A stretch of 47,218 nucleotides of DNA, from assembly GCF_000372725.1 (NCBI RefSeq), contig NW_005201259.1, forward strand, positions 353,949-401,166. The letters run 5' to 3'. The translations under genes and the position numbers were made by a program. Numbering within the stretch: the first letter of the stretch is position 1; the number at the start of each line of letters is the position of its first letter. This DNA comes from Emiliania huxleyi CCMP1516. Its lineage: Eukaryota. Below, one piece after another: positions 1-10,926 of the stretch. The notes under the pieces are model-generated. The model was given only the letters and a program-made list of their open reading frames with translations. It had not been told where the DNA came from and did not search any database.

Positions 1-48
1 GCGGCGGCGGTCGGTACGATTCTCTCTTTTCTTGACCCTCAATACATT

Positions 49-159
49 TGTGATTCTGTGTGAGCTCTGTGTCTTGATTTGCCAACAACATACCTAAGAG
101 AGAGAGAGACCAACCCCCTCTCCCTTTTCTCCCAGTAAGCTAAAAGTACATACCTAAGA
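49..159 (+). mobile_element. Stacked, extremely 5'-truncated retroposon 3' ends
   Basis: 49-97 matches the 3' end of the ~470-bp repeat at 19098-19575 and 29745-30214 (tgtgattctgtgtgagctctgtgtcttgatttgccaacaa). acatacctaaga is directly repeated at 88-99 and 148-159 around a 48-nt insert ending gctaaaagt. Confidence 0.6.
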
Positions 160-1770
160 CTCAACAGACAAACCCAAGTAGCCTGCTGACAAGCCCTGGC
201 CCGACCCGCAGCAAAGTCGGACACGCGAGCAAGGGGGGGGAGAAGCGTAAAAAGGGACGGAAGTCGAGAGCGCTCGCAAAGAGGACGCGGCGGCGGCCAA
301 ATCATCACCGCTCGCACCACCGCCCTCTCCCGCCGGCCCGCCGCCTCTGGCTACCCGCGACGGCTCCGCCCGCGACGGCGCCGCTATGCACGCCCGTGCA
401 GGCTGAACAACGGGCTCGCGCTCGCCTCTCAGAAGGTTCAGACGCCGGACAATCTGGAGATGGACGAGATGGATGAGGAGGGAAGAACCCGCCACCTCCG
501 CAGGCTCCGCAAGCGGGTAGCGGACTCCAATTTTCCGGCCCCACCGCCTCTGGATTTTTCCCCTCTGGGGGGGCGCGGGGGCCCCCGGAGGCACCGTGCG
601 CCGCGCAGCAGTGCGGAAACGGGGCTCCGGCGCTCATACTCGCTCATACTACCAACTTCCCGAATGAGTACGGTTAAGTAGAGGGCAGATTTGGAGAGAT
701 CTCGAGGAGTACATACAGATAGACCCTCTAACCATCAGAAAACTCCGACCTGATCGGTCGTACTGACCGCCGACAGATCACTCCAGACAGCAGACAGGCC
801 GACGTCTGCACGCGGCCGGCCGGGCGAGAGGCTTGACACGATCCGACCCTGCGAGACCCTGACGCTGCTGCTCTAGCTATCAGCCATGGACTGCTGACTG
901 CTGCCACAATGTGCGACCTGTGCTGGCCCACTTGGCGGCCTTCCCGGTCAGTGGTGAGGCGCAGTTCAGAGCTGTCGATGGCGCGATGCGCCGATGCCGC
1001 ACTGGTCCCACATTGGTGACACGAGACCACCAAGTTTGCCGGTCCAAGAGAGAGGCACTGGTGCTGTCCTGAGAAGGTGCGTGGTCCCTCTTGACTGCCC
1101 ATGCGCGCGAGGCTGTGTAGGCATAGCCTCGAGAGTGCCAGCAGCCAATCTGAGGCAGTTTGTGACGCGCATTGCATCAGAAGCGTGCACACGTTGGAAG
1201 GACACCTTCCTACTGGCCGTACGATCAGGTCGTCACTGAATGCTGGATACTAAGGCCGCGAGCTATGCAGGTGATCAATTGTGCAGCATAGCACGGTCAG
1301 CAGCGCCGACAGGCTGTCGCAAGGCGTGATAGCATGGCCGCAAGTATGCTGAATTCCCATGAAACAAGTGAAAATCTCGCAAAAGAAGAAAAAAACATGC
1401 CAAAAAATCGGCGCCTGCGGCGGGCCATCGAGCCCCATCTCCCCCCCGCATGGATACCCTCTAGGGCCCTCGCGCCCCCCAGAGTTTTTCCCGGCGTTGC
1501 AACGGCGCGTGCAGAAAGACCGTCCCCATCGCGCCTGGGGACCCAGGCCGCGGCCGAATGCACGTCTTCCCCAGACTGCCGCCACGGCGCATTGCTGGCT
1601 GCCTCGAGGGCGCGGAGCTCGAGGCCGCACGGGCGGAATGGCATGCATGCTATATGGACAAGACCGACGAGCGGGAGGCGATGCGCCTCGCCCGCAACCT
1701 TGCAATGAGTCGCTCAGCGCCGAGTCGCGAGGGTGACTCCGCACGCCGAGTCAAGGCGCGGCGCGAGAAG

Positions 1771-1976
1771 AGAGACAGAGAGAGAGCTTTTAGCAATAAC
1801 ATTTAAAATCTCGCCCCACGCAGCGTACCACCCCCCCGCCCGACCGGGCGTCTACTTGGGTTTGTCCGCGACACATCGCGGGAGATACAGCCCCCTCTCT
1901 CGCGCGGCCCGGGGTGCCCATCCAATATCACCCCCGCCGGGGCGTGAATCCAAGCCGAGACTTTCCTCGTTGTACA
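1771..1976 (-). mobile_element. Truncated non-LTR retroelement 3' end with (TC)n tail
   Basis: Minus-strand end ttattgctaaaagctctctctctgtctctc resembles the end of the CRE-like element at 19903 (gtattgctaaaaatctctctctc). Imperfect TSD gcggcgc(at)gagaag at 1758-1770 and 1977-1991. Confidence 0.55.
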
Positions 1977-2156
1977 GCGGCGCATGAGAAGCTAACGAAG
2001 CCGCAGAAGTTTACGGAGTTTACGAGTCTGCAACTCACGGCTGCAACAGAGTAACGACGCGATCGCCTGGCTATCGCGTGCCGACATGATCCACCAGCTG
2101 ACCGCCAGATCAGAACCAGTGCTCACGATGCCTAATCATAATAGTCATTGATCACC

Positions 2157-3273
2157 ATGCTGCGGCCTAAGACTCCGAGGATTGGAATCGTCAGACTTGA
2201 TCAGCCGCGGACGGCAAAGACCGCGGTGCTTGGAGATCTGGTGGCACCACAGAGCCTACAGGGGGTGGCACCACAGAGCCTACAGGGGTCGGAGAGCTTG
2301 TCCCAAACGGATATCATCTACAGGAGAGCAGAAGGATACACGTTCTCCGTCTGCGTCTCTGGACACCCCGTGAACGCACCTGATCAGCTGCAGCTCACGC
2401 GGGGCGAGGTCAGGATCCGCGGGACTCAGGGCGATCCGCAGCACCTCTTTGAAGTCGGCGGCAACCAGCCGCCGCGTGCACGCAATCCCTCGTTCACTGA
2501 ACCATGGGTAGTGAATGGGCGCGCTGTGGGCGTCGTCTACATCTACCTGCCCGAGCTCATCCTTGCCAATCTCAAGCAAACTTTGGCCGAGCTTCGCGAG
2601 CTTGAGTGCCGGTGCCTCTCCTCTTCATGCGGATTCATGGCCAACATCAACTCTTTCTGCGCCGCGCGCTCCGGGATGCCGACACTGATGTCGACTCTCG
2701 ACCTGCTGCCGACTCTCTTGCTGTCGCTGCCCCCAGAGGACGTCATCCTCGTCCTTACCTCCAACGGCACGAACTTCAAGCGGCACGCGGAAACACTGAT
2801 TCCGCCACATGTCCCTCTGAAGAGACTTCGCGTCTGCGGGCTGGAGCAGGTGCGCGGATTCGGCGCAGAGGTTGCCTCAGGTACAACTGTGGACCCGTTG
2901 CTCGCAGAGGCTGGCATTGTCGGGGCGGTGGTGGAGGCCTTCACGGCCACAGCACCAAGCCCTATCGGTTTGTGCGCCCCAGCAGCTCGTGCTGCACAAA
3001 TCCTCCCCGCCATCCTTGCGTATCCCTCCTCCCAAAGGTGCGATTCTACTCGAGTGCACCGAGCTGCCAGGTGGAGGGTGGCCCTGGCCCCCTAGCCGTC
3101 CGATTCTCGCGGCCTTACTATTCGAATATGAGATCACAGGCTATTCGAACGCGCTGCGCCAGAAGTTCAATCTGCCCGTGTACGATGTGCTCACGCTCTG
3201 CTCGCTGCTCATCGCTTCCGTGGCCGTGAGCCCTACCCTAGGCGCACATGCCCACTTCGTGAACGAAATGTAA
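2157..3273 (+). CDS. Aspartate/glutamate racemase-family protein; exons 2157-2967, 3038-3070, 3140-3273
   Basis: Motifs IGIVRLD, GD, SSCGFM, PTLMSTL, VLTSN, VCGLE. Two GT-AG introns splice to give IGAILLECTELPGYSNALRQKFNLPVYD. The Cys pair (SCG / ECT) is typical of this fold. Confidence 0.8.
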
Positions 3274-3627
3274 CGAGGGGGGCATCTCATAGAAGACACG
3301 GCAATTGGGGTTCGTACGGGAGACGGGAAGTGAGAAGGGAGCGCATCACGCAAAAGTGTGAGGGGGGAGTGCGTGTATGTTTGTGGGACATGTGTACGTG
3401 CTCTGTTGAAGTGGTGTAGGAGCGGACTGGTGCGTGCTGGTGCGGGCTGGTACTCACACACAGGGAGCATTGAGTGCTCTGTGTTGAACTGTGCATACAC
3501 GTACGAATGTGTCGGGCTCGGTGTGTGTGTGAGTGTTAAGCGAGCAAGCGTGCCCCCCCATGAAAAAGAATTTTTGGGGGCGCGCCGCCAGGCGCGTCCC
3601 CACTTTTGTATCGGAGGGCGCCTGGGT

Positions 3628-3790
3628 CTAAATTTAGTGCGGTGTGAAGTGTTTATGTACTGCATCTTGAGTGCACTTTAGCGCGAATTTAGTGCGAATT
3701 TAGTGCAACTTTAGTGCAAATTTAGCGCAAATTTAGCGCAAATTTAGTCGACTTTACATCCAGATTTAGCGAGGTTTAGTGCTGTATAGT
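3628..3790. repeat. AT-rich 11-bp minisatellite (TTTAGYGCRAA)n next to a gap
   Basis: Direct reading: tttagcgcgaa tttagtgcgaa tttagtgcaac tttagtgcaaa tttagcgcaaa tttagcgcaaa. Confidence 0.85.
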
Positions 3791-3795
3791 CCTGG

Positions 3796-3895
3796 NNNNN
3801 NNNNNNNNNNNNNNNNNNNNNNNNNNNNNNNNNNNNNNNNNNNNNNNNNNNNNNNNNNNNNNNNNNNNNNNNNNNNNNNNNNNNNNNNNNNNNNN
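3796..3895. other. Assembly gap (100 N); other gaps at 8860-8959, 16743-16842, 27359-28175, 45679-45778
   Basis: Runs of N. Confidence 1.
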
Positions 3896-5315
3896 GCCGC
3901 CAAGGGCGCGAAAGACGCGCTCACAAAAGGACTAGACGCGCTGCTGCTAAAGACGCCGGGCACGCTCGTCGCGAGAAGTGGCTGCCGCCGCCGTCGGGAG
4001 GGCGGCAGCCACTTCTCGCGCTGCCCAACGCGCCTTCGCCGACCGCCGCGCCATCGCCGATGCCGTTGCTCGCGCTACCGGCGCCACCGGCCGCGCGGGC
4101 CGCGCTGGCGGCGGCGCCGCCGGCCGCTGCGGCTCCGCAGAAGCGATCCCTCGCGCAGAATCGCCCTCGGTGCCGCGGCGGGCCGGGGGAGAGGGCGTGA
4201 GGGTGTCTGTGGTGGGTAGGGGCCCCTTGCCCATCGGGTCGCTGCGCGCTAGAGCAGCGGCGGCCCGCCTAGGGGGCTCAGGGCGGCCTGCCGGAGGGTG
4301 CCCCTACGGCTTTAATGTGAAACACCTCCGGGGGAGGCCAACTTTGAGTGGTTGTGCCGAGTACTGTTTAAGGGTTGTGGGGCTGCTGTGGGCGGTTTTG
4401 GGCGTCCCTGGGGCACCCTCTGGAAGGGTCTGGCCCGTTGGTTCGGGGGGCGTCGCGTCTAGGGGGTGTATTCACACCTCAAAAATCGTTTCACGGAAGG
4501 TACACCCCTCCCTACTGTCGCGTTTTGCTGTTCAACAGCTAGGGACGGCCTCTGCGGCAAAGTCAAACCACCCCACCTCACCTACCGCAGCAAACCTTCG
4601 GCTCCCGCTCAGAGGCTCGCCGCGCCCGTGCGGCGCGCCGAGGCGGCGCCGAGGCCGGCGCCTTGCACCCGGCCCGCGGCCGGCACCGCCTCGCCCCACA
4701 ACTGACCGCCCTGCGGCCCCTGCGCAGGCGTTCCTTCGACCTCGCTCAAAAAGCGACGGCCGGGTGTGGGCTGCTCCCTTGCCCCGTCACCCGCCGCCCT
4801 CGCCCGGCCGCCTCACCGCGCACGGAGCGCTCGGCTGCTCGCCGCCGCCGCCGCGCGTCCCGCGCGTGTGTGTGAGTGTGTGTGTGTGTGTCACACACAC
4901 TCACGCGTCCCGCGCCGCCACGCTTGCCCCCCCTTGCCGGACGCGCGCTCTGTGCAGCGGCGCAGAGCGCGCGTCCCTGGCACAGACGGAGCAGCGACCG
5001 CGCCAGCGGTCGCTGCTCCGCCCCTCCGTCGCGCGCGCGTCGCTGCTCCGCCCCTCCGCCCTCGCCCCGCCCACCCAGTCCGCAGTCGCCCCGCGTCTCA
5101 ACCAACACCCTTCCCGCGGCCACGCAGGGCCGTGTGGTGTGTGTGACACTGTCTCTGTGAGTGAGGGGGGCGGCGTGCGCGTGGTAAATAAATGAATAAA
5201 AACGGAGACCTCGTGAGGCGTGGCGCCGCACACACACAAGAGTGGCTCGCAGCCCTCCCTCCCGTCCTCACCTCCGGTGCACCACTGCACACCTCTCAGC
5301 GCACACCTTCGGGAC

Positions 5316-6017
5316 TCACTCCACAGCCATGCGCGAGGAGGAGGGACCTCCTGCCGCGCCTCCCTCCGGCTCTGCCGGCCGCGCGCGGCAGTTTGGGTTG
5401 CCATGCTGGCCGGGCACGCGGCCTGCCGCCGCGGCCGCGGCGTGCCGCTGCTCCTTGCGCCGCTCGACATCGGCCTTTGCCTTGGCTTTCTTCCGGAGGG
5501 CCGCCTCGTCTGCGCCTTCCTCGCCTGCGCCCTCCTCCCCGTCCTCGCCCTCCTCCTGCTGCTGCTGCTCCTCCGCCCACGGCGGCGGCGCGGAGTGCGC
5601 GGGCGCCGCGGTCGGCGCCGCGTGCCACGGCCAGTCCGGCGGGTACGCGTCCTCGTCCTTGAGCATGACGGTGAAGACCTCGCCGGGCTGCTTGCCCGGC
5701 GGAATGGTGACCTCGATCCGGTCCCCGCTGGGCGGCCGGACAAAGATGGTGTGCGCCGAGGAGGCGGTCTTCTCCGGCATCGCAAAGGTGTGAAACGACC
5801 ACTCCGGCTTCTTGATGACGAGCTGGACGTGCTCCATCTGCAGCGAGAGGCGGCCGATGGACCGCTCGATGCGCCCGAGGTCGGCGGCGAGGCCGCCACC
5901 GCGGAGATCGCGAACTTTCGTCTCGAGCTCGTTGATCTTGAGCTGCTTCCAGTCGAGCTTTTGCTGCAGGTTCCGATTCTCAAGCTGCAGAGCCTGCAGG
6001 TCGCTGGAGGCTGCCAT
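5316..6017 (-). CDS. Hypothetical protein: N-terminal coiled coil, 'VxIPPGxxPGxxFxV' beta-repeat module, acidic/basic tail
   Basis: ATG-initiated 233-aa ORF with heptad pattern LQALQLENRNLQQKL and motif IFVRPPSGDRIEVTIPPGKQPGEVFTVML. AT-rich promoter-like stretch upstream. Confidence 0.65.
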   Translation of the reverse strand: MAASSDLQALQLENRNLQQKLDWKQLKINELETKVRDLRGGGLAADLGRIERSIGRLSLQMEHVQLVIKKPEWSFHTFAMPEKTASSAHTIFVRPPSGDRIEVTIPPGKQPGEVFTVMLKDEDAYPPDWPWHAAPTAAPAHSAPPPWAEEQQQQEEGEDGEEGAGEEGADEAALRKKAKAKADVERRKEQRHAAAAAAGRVPGQHGNPNCRARPAEPEGGAAGGPSSSRMAVE

Positions 6018-6180
6018 GCTGGTCGCTAAACCACCAGTATCACGGCCAAAAAAGGTTTAGGGTGAAAAAGAATTCTCAAACGCCCGTCGTTTAACTAAAA
6101 AAGAATTATCAAACTCCGGCGTGACTCGGCGAAAGCAGCAGGCGAGGCCAGGGTCATTGTGTCTGGGCAAGATTTGCTTC

Positions 6181-7931
6181 ATGTCACAGTCGAGCGGGCC
6201 GCACGCCTGCGGCGGAGGTGGCGGCGGAGGCTCGCCGCACCGACGCACTGCGCTCTCGGACGTCGGCAACACTCCTCCGCGCCCGCTCGGCGTTGGAGGC
6301 CGGCCCGGTGGCTCTCCCGTCTTGGAGCGCTGCCGTCAGCAACTCGCCGACGGTGGTGGCGCGGATGCGGTGGTGCCGCTGCCGCCGGGCGGAGTCGCTA
6401 CCGTTTTCCCTCCGCCACCGCCGACCGGGCCGGCCGCTTCCGCTGCGGGGTTGCCGCCGCCGCCGCCGCAGCCGCCGCAGCCGCAGCCGCACGTCGACCC
6501 GCCTCCACTGCCGGCGGCGGCGGCCGCCGGCGCGACGACGAGGGACTTCTTTGGACTGGCCGCGAGGCAGGTCGCACGAGACGCGTACGAGCACGCGCAG
6601 GCGACCGGGGTGGTGACGAGCTCGGTCGCTTCCGACCGGCTCGATGAGGCCTCTCTCCGCTCGTGGGCCGCCGCGCTCTACCTGATGGAGGGCGGAGAGG
6701 AGACGCCGCCTCGCGCCGAGCGTCAGGGTCGCGCACGCTCGCCCCGTTTCGCTGCACGCCGGCGGTGCTTGCTCACCCCCCCCCCCCCCTTCCCCTCGGT
6801 TGCGTAGTCGCCGTCTCGCGCTACAAGGTGACGCACACCGACGCCACTCTGCTCTCGTACGTCGGCAACCTCCGCGTGCTGCGGCAACGACTCGGAGCGC
6901 AGTGGGCAGGCTGCCAGCTGTCGCTCCGCGACCGCGAGCTGCGCACTGTCTTCGGGTCGTCGACGCCGGCCGGCGGCGACGGCATCCGCCGGGCTGCCGT
7001 CCCCGACGGAGCCGCTGACGGCGACGGGCACACACATATGTGCCGCTCACGTCTAGCACACCACGCCCTGCATGATGCGCTCTTCTCCCCGGGCGGAGAG
7101 GCCACCATAGCCACCGCCACTAGCCCTCGCTCTCAGCCGCTACCATCGCATCCGACCATTTCCTCCGTCCCCTTCCCTCCACCCCTCGGCAGCGGCGGCT
7201 TTGAAGTGTGCGACGAGGCCATCGACCGCGTGCTCGGCGACGCCTCCGCCCACTCCAACCCGCGCGTGCGCGAGGCGGGCGTCGCCTTTGAGGCCGGCGA
7301 GCAGCTGCACCGCGTCCGGTGCGCGTTGAGCGGTGCGGCGGCGGTGCGGCGAGTGCACCCGTCCCCCTCACTCTTGCGCCGCCCAGTGCCTGCTGGCCGC
7401 CGCTGTCGCGCTCGAGGCTCCGGGCGAGCCGGAGGAGGAGCGGCGCGAGACCCGACAGCTCGCGTCGGACACCCTGCGCGTCTTTGCGCGCAGATGGGGC
7501 TCGTCGGACTGGCCCATGGAGGCGAGGCTGGTGCTCGGCCGCTTCGACGATCTCGTCATGCAGGACATCCGCGAGATCGAGATTGCGCCGGGACTCTACG
7601 GCTGCTTCTGCCGCAGCGGCGACTCCGACGAGGTGCTTCTGGGACGTTCAGGGCCGGCGCCGTCGTCGACGCCGCCGGCCTCGATGCCGGCGGCCTCCGG
7701 TGGCGCCGCTGGCGATCCCTCGGCGCCGCCAGCTCTGCGGTCTCGCGAGCCCGGCGAGGGCGGCGGCGAGGGCGGCGACGAGGCGCCGGTGGCCTCCGCC
7801 TCCACGGAGGGGTGGCGCACTGGGCTGTGGAGGTGTGGCACGCGGCCGGGTCGGTCGACGCGAGCCGGTGGCAGGTCGAGGCTGACGGAGGGCGCCTCTT
7901 CTTTGTGCGGGTCGCGGGAAAGGCCGCATAA
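6181..7931 (+). CDS. Hypothetical multi-exon protein (boundaries approximate)
   Basis: Successive protein-like blocks in different frames (ATTRDFFGLAARQ.., VAVSRYKVTH.., GFEVCDEAID.., CLLAAAVALE.., VAHWAVEVWH..) separated by pyrimidine-rich intron-like tracts. Confidence 0.5.
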
Positions 7932-7975
7932 TCGCGCTCTCCGCCGAGGCCCGCCTCGGCGACGGCGCTCGCCGC

Positions 7976-7976
<1 letters not shown>

Positions 7977-8027
<51 letters not shown>
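7977..8027 (+). repeat. (CAG)17 microsatellite
   Basis: Direct reading. Confidence 0.95.
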
Positions 8028-8029
<2 letters not shown>

Positions 8030-8121
8030 CGTGATTCTTGACACATGATTACACTACACAGTCCTCCCTTCGGTTGTCGTTTCGAAGCTGTTTTTTTCTT
8101 CTATCGCAGCGCACTCGCATC

Positions 8122-8226
8122 TGTGAGCCTAGCGCAGCGCGAACTCGCCGTCTGGGCCTAGCGCAGCGCGAACTCGCCGTCTGAGCCTAGCGCAGCGCGA
8201 ACTCGCTCTGAGCCTAGCGCAGCGCC
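8122..8226. repeat. ~30-bp tandem repeat, about 3.5 copies (gagcctagcgcagcgcgaactcgccgtct)
   Basis: Direct reading. Confidence 0.9.
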
Positions 8227-8959
8227 TCGGAAAACACCATTTTGGCTCGCCAACAAGCCCTCCGCGCCCCCACACCCTTAGGATAATACTTTTTCTCGCA
8301 GGCGGGCCGCCTACAGTAGGGCAGTCAGTCAGCTTGGCTTGCAGGATGCTGGAAGGAGGCTGGAGCCCGGCGAACGAGAGTTTACCGCTCGGGCAGGGCT
8401 TGAGCGTGACCTCACCGTCGCAAGCGTTTGCGGTGCCGAGGGTGCTGGTCGCTGCTGCGCACGCTAATCCGTCGATCATGCTCCCGACTAGTGCAGTCGC
8501 AGCCGTGCCTGACGCGCAGCACGCAGGTCAGCGCCAGGGTCTGTACCCTCCGTCCTCCTCCTAGAGCGTCACGTGACCGTAACACGTGCCCCGCCTCACC
8601 CGGACCTTCTCGGTCGCAGGCCGCGCCGACCCCTGCATGCATGGCCTCGAGCACGTCTTCCCTCCCCCAATGTCGCCACAGCTGCCGCCTCAACCACCGC
8701 CCTTGGCGTATCGCTCCCTCGCGTCCGGGGAAGCGGGCGGCTGTTGCTCGTCTAGCGTCTGCTCGACGCGCGGCGGCTCGGGCTGCCCGTTCTTCGTCTC
8801 CTCGCGCCATGTGCTCCTCTTACTGTATCTCTTTGCCGCCTTGCTCTTACTTTCTACTCNNNNNNNNNNNNNNNNNNNNNNNNNNNNNNNNNNNNNNNNN
8901 NNNNNNNNNNNNNNNNNNNNNNNNNNNNNNNNNNNNNNNNNNNNNNNNNNNNNNNNNNN

Positions 8960-9354
8960 AGGCTGCGCTGTGGAGCTACCTGCGCACGGGCGGCGGGAGG
9001 GGCGGCGGCGGCGGGGCGGGCGGCGGCGAGGGCGAGTCGGCGGCCGAGGGCGACCCGGAGGGCGAGGCAGGAGTCGGCGCGGACGAGTTTGAGTGCGAGC
9101 GGGGGTGCGGCTTCCGCGGCACGTTCCGGGCGGTCGAGACGCACGAGGAGGGGTGCACTGAGGCGCCAGCGGAGGAGGAGCCGCTCTGGCCGCACGCCGC
9201 CGCCCGGCGTTTGTGGCTCGATTACGTCGGCGACGCGCCCACCACGGCCCGCGTCGCCGTCGCCGTGTCGCTGCTGCGCCGCGCGCACTCCGACGAGTGG
9301 TCGGCGCCGGAGCCCGTCCCAATCTACCGAAGGGGCAGCGGCTACTCGAAGTGA
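8960..9354 (+). CDS. 3' end of a gene truncated by the gap; contains a C2HC zinc-finger-like motif
   Basis: FECERGCGFRGTFRAVETHEEGC followed by a helical region and TGA; AT-rich 3' flank. Confidence 0.6.
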
Positions 9355-9693
9355 GACCACGAACGGGTCGCACGCGCGCCGCCTTGGTGTTTGTATGAGT
9401 CTCGGCTGTCGGCTCTGGGGAGCGCACGCCGGGCGGTCGGTGTGTGGTCCCAATTCTTTTTTATATTACCTGTACCACGATATATTACAGAGTTGGTTTT
9501 GCCCGTACCACCTTCGTAACACACGGTTCTATACGTACACAAGCTAACAAGTCCGATCTCAGGGGTCAGGGCGCCCCACGCTCCATATGCGGATGCGCAA
9601 TCAATGTACTCTTGTGGGTCCGAATGCACCGCGCGGAGTGGTGACCGACATGAACGTACTGGCGCTGTGCCACCACAAACACGTAGAGAGAAG

Positions 9694-10926
9694 TCATGTA
9701 GAGGCTTGCGCGGCAGCGCGGTTTCTCTTCTTCGCACCTCCGCCCTGCGCGGCGACGGCGCGCCCGTGCGCCTCCGCCTCCGCCTCGTCGTCGCTCGGCG
9801 GGGCAGCACCCGCCGCCGCCGCCGCCGCTGCCGCCGCCGCCCTCGGTGTGGCTGCTCCGCGCGCGTGCCGCTTTGTCGCCCTCTGCCCGCTCGGGGAAGA
9901 AGGCGGCCGGTCGGCGAGCAGCGAGAGTGCAACCGCACCGGCCATGACGTCTGCCGGGTCGAGGCCCTCCTCCTCCTCGCAGCCCGCCCCGGACGGCCCC
10001 GCTGCGCCCCCCGCCCCAAAGCCGTCCCGGCAGCGCGAGCTGTCCCGCCGCCCGCCCTCCAGGACACCGCCGAGCGCCCTTGCCCGCGGCGACGCCTGCT
10101 CCGGCGGCAACATGTTGTACCGCGCGCGCGCGAGCGCGGCCTACGAATGGCCATCAGCTAGTCACGAGTCGTTGATGGCTGACAATTCAGCCTGTCGTAT
10201 GGAGAAGAGAGCCGCCTCCTCGGCGGTGCCAAAGACTCCGAGGTGGACGTCCTTGCCCCCCTCCCACACGTGCAGCTTGTACTTTCTGCTCGCGCGTCGG
10301 CTCACGTCCTTGTAGCCGCTGTTGCTGTTGCAGCTGGTGACCAGGGTGAGGCCCTCCCTTCCCGCTTGTCTGACCGCCTCGGCGCCGGCGGCGGAGGAGG
10401 GCGCGGGCGGCGGCGCGGGCGGCGGCGGCGCGGTGAGATCGGTGGTGTCCCTGCCCGCCCGCCTGCGGGCGTAGAAGAGCGCCGCCTGCTCGGGCGTCGC
10501 GAAGCGGCCGAGGTTGACGAGCTTGCCGCCATCCCTCACCTGCAGCGTGAACTTGTTGCTGCCGTGCTCCTTGGGGTTGTTGAAGACGCCCTTGTAGCCG
10601 CTCTTGTTGGCGCTCGTGGCGAGGGTGAGGCCCTCCTTCTCCGCCTGCCGAACCGCGGCCGCGCCAACCGCAGACGGAGCGGGGCGGGTCTGCTTCATCT
10701 TGGCCGCGTCAGCACGGCCGTACTCTGAGCGAGCATAGGCGATGGCCGCCTCCTCGGCGGTGTCGAATTGGCCGATAAAGATGCGCTTGCCGCCGTCCAT
10801 CACCTTTGCCTCGAACTTCTTCGCGCCGCGGTTGTAATTCACGCACTTGTATCCAGTTGTGCTGTCCTTGCGGATAGCTGGGATCAGCACGAGCTCGTCT
10901 TTGGAGGGCGACTCGCGGTGAGCCAT
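9694..10926 (-). CDS. AP2/ERF-domain protein with three AP2 domains; exons 10926-10216 and 10140-9694 (385 aa)
   Basis: Three repeats of GYKxV...GGKxxxLGxFxTxEEAAxxYAR. A 75-nt GC-AG intron (10141-10215) completes the third domain (TAEE|AALARARY) in frame. Confidence 0.9.

Noticed and set aside
160..1260. Possible gene fragments (e.g. LNNGLALASQK..HLRRLRKR)
   Set aside because: No coherent exon chain or recognisable domain could be built.
3628..3790. Telomeric repeat
   Set aside because: The unit is TTTAGYGCRAA and lacks the GGG run.
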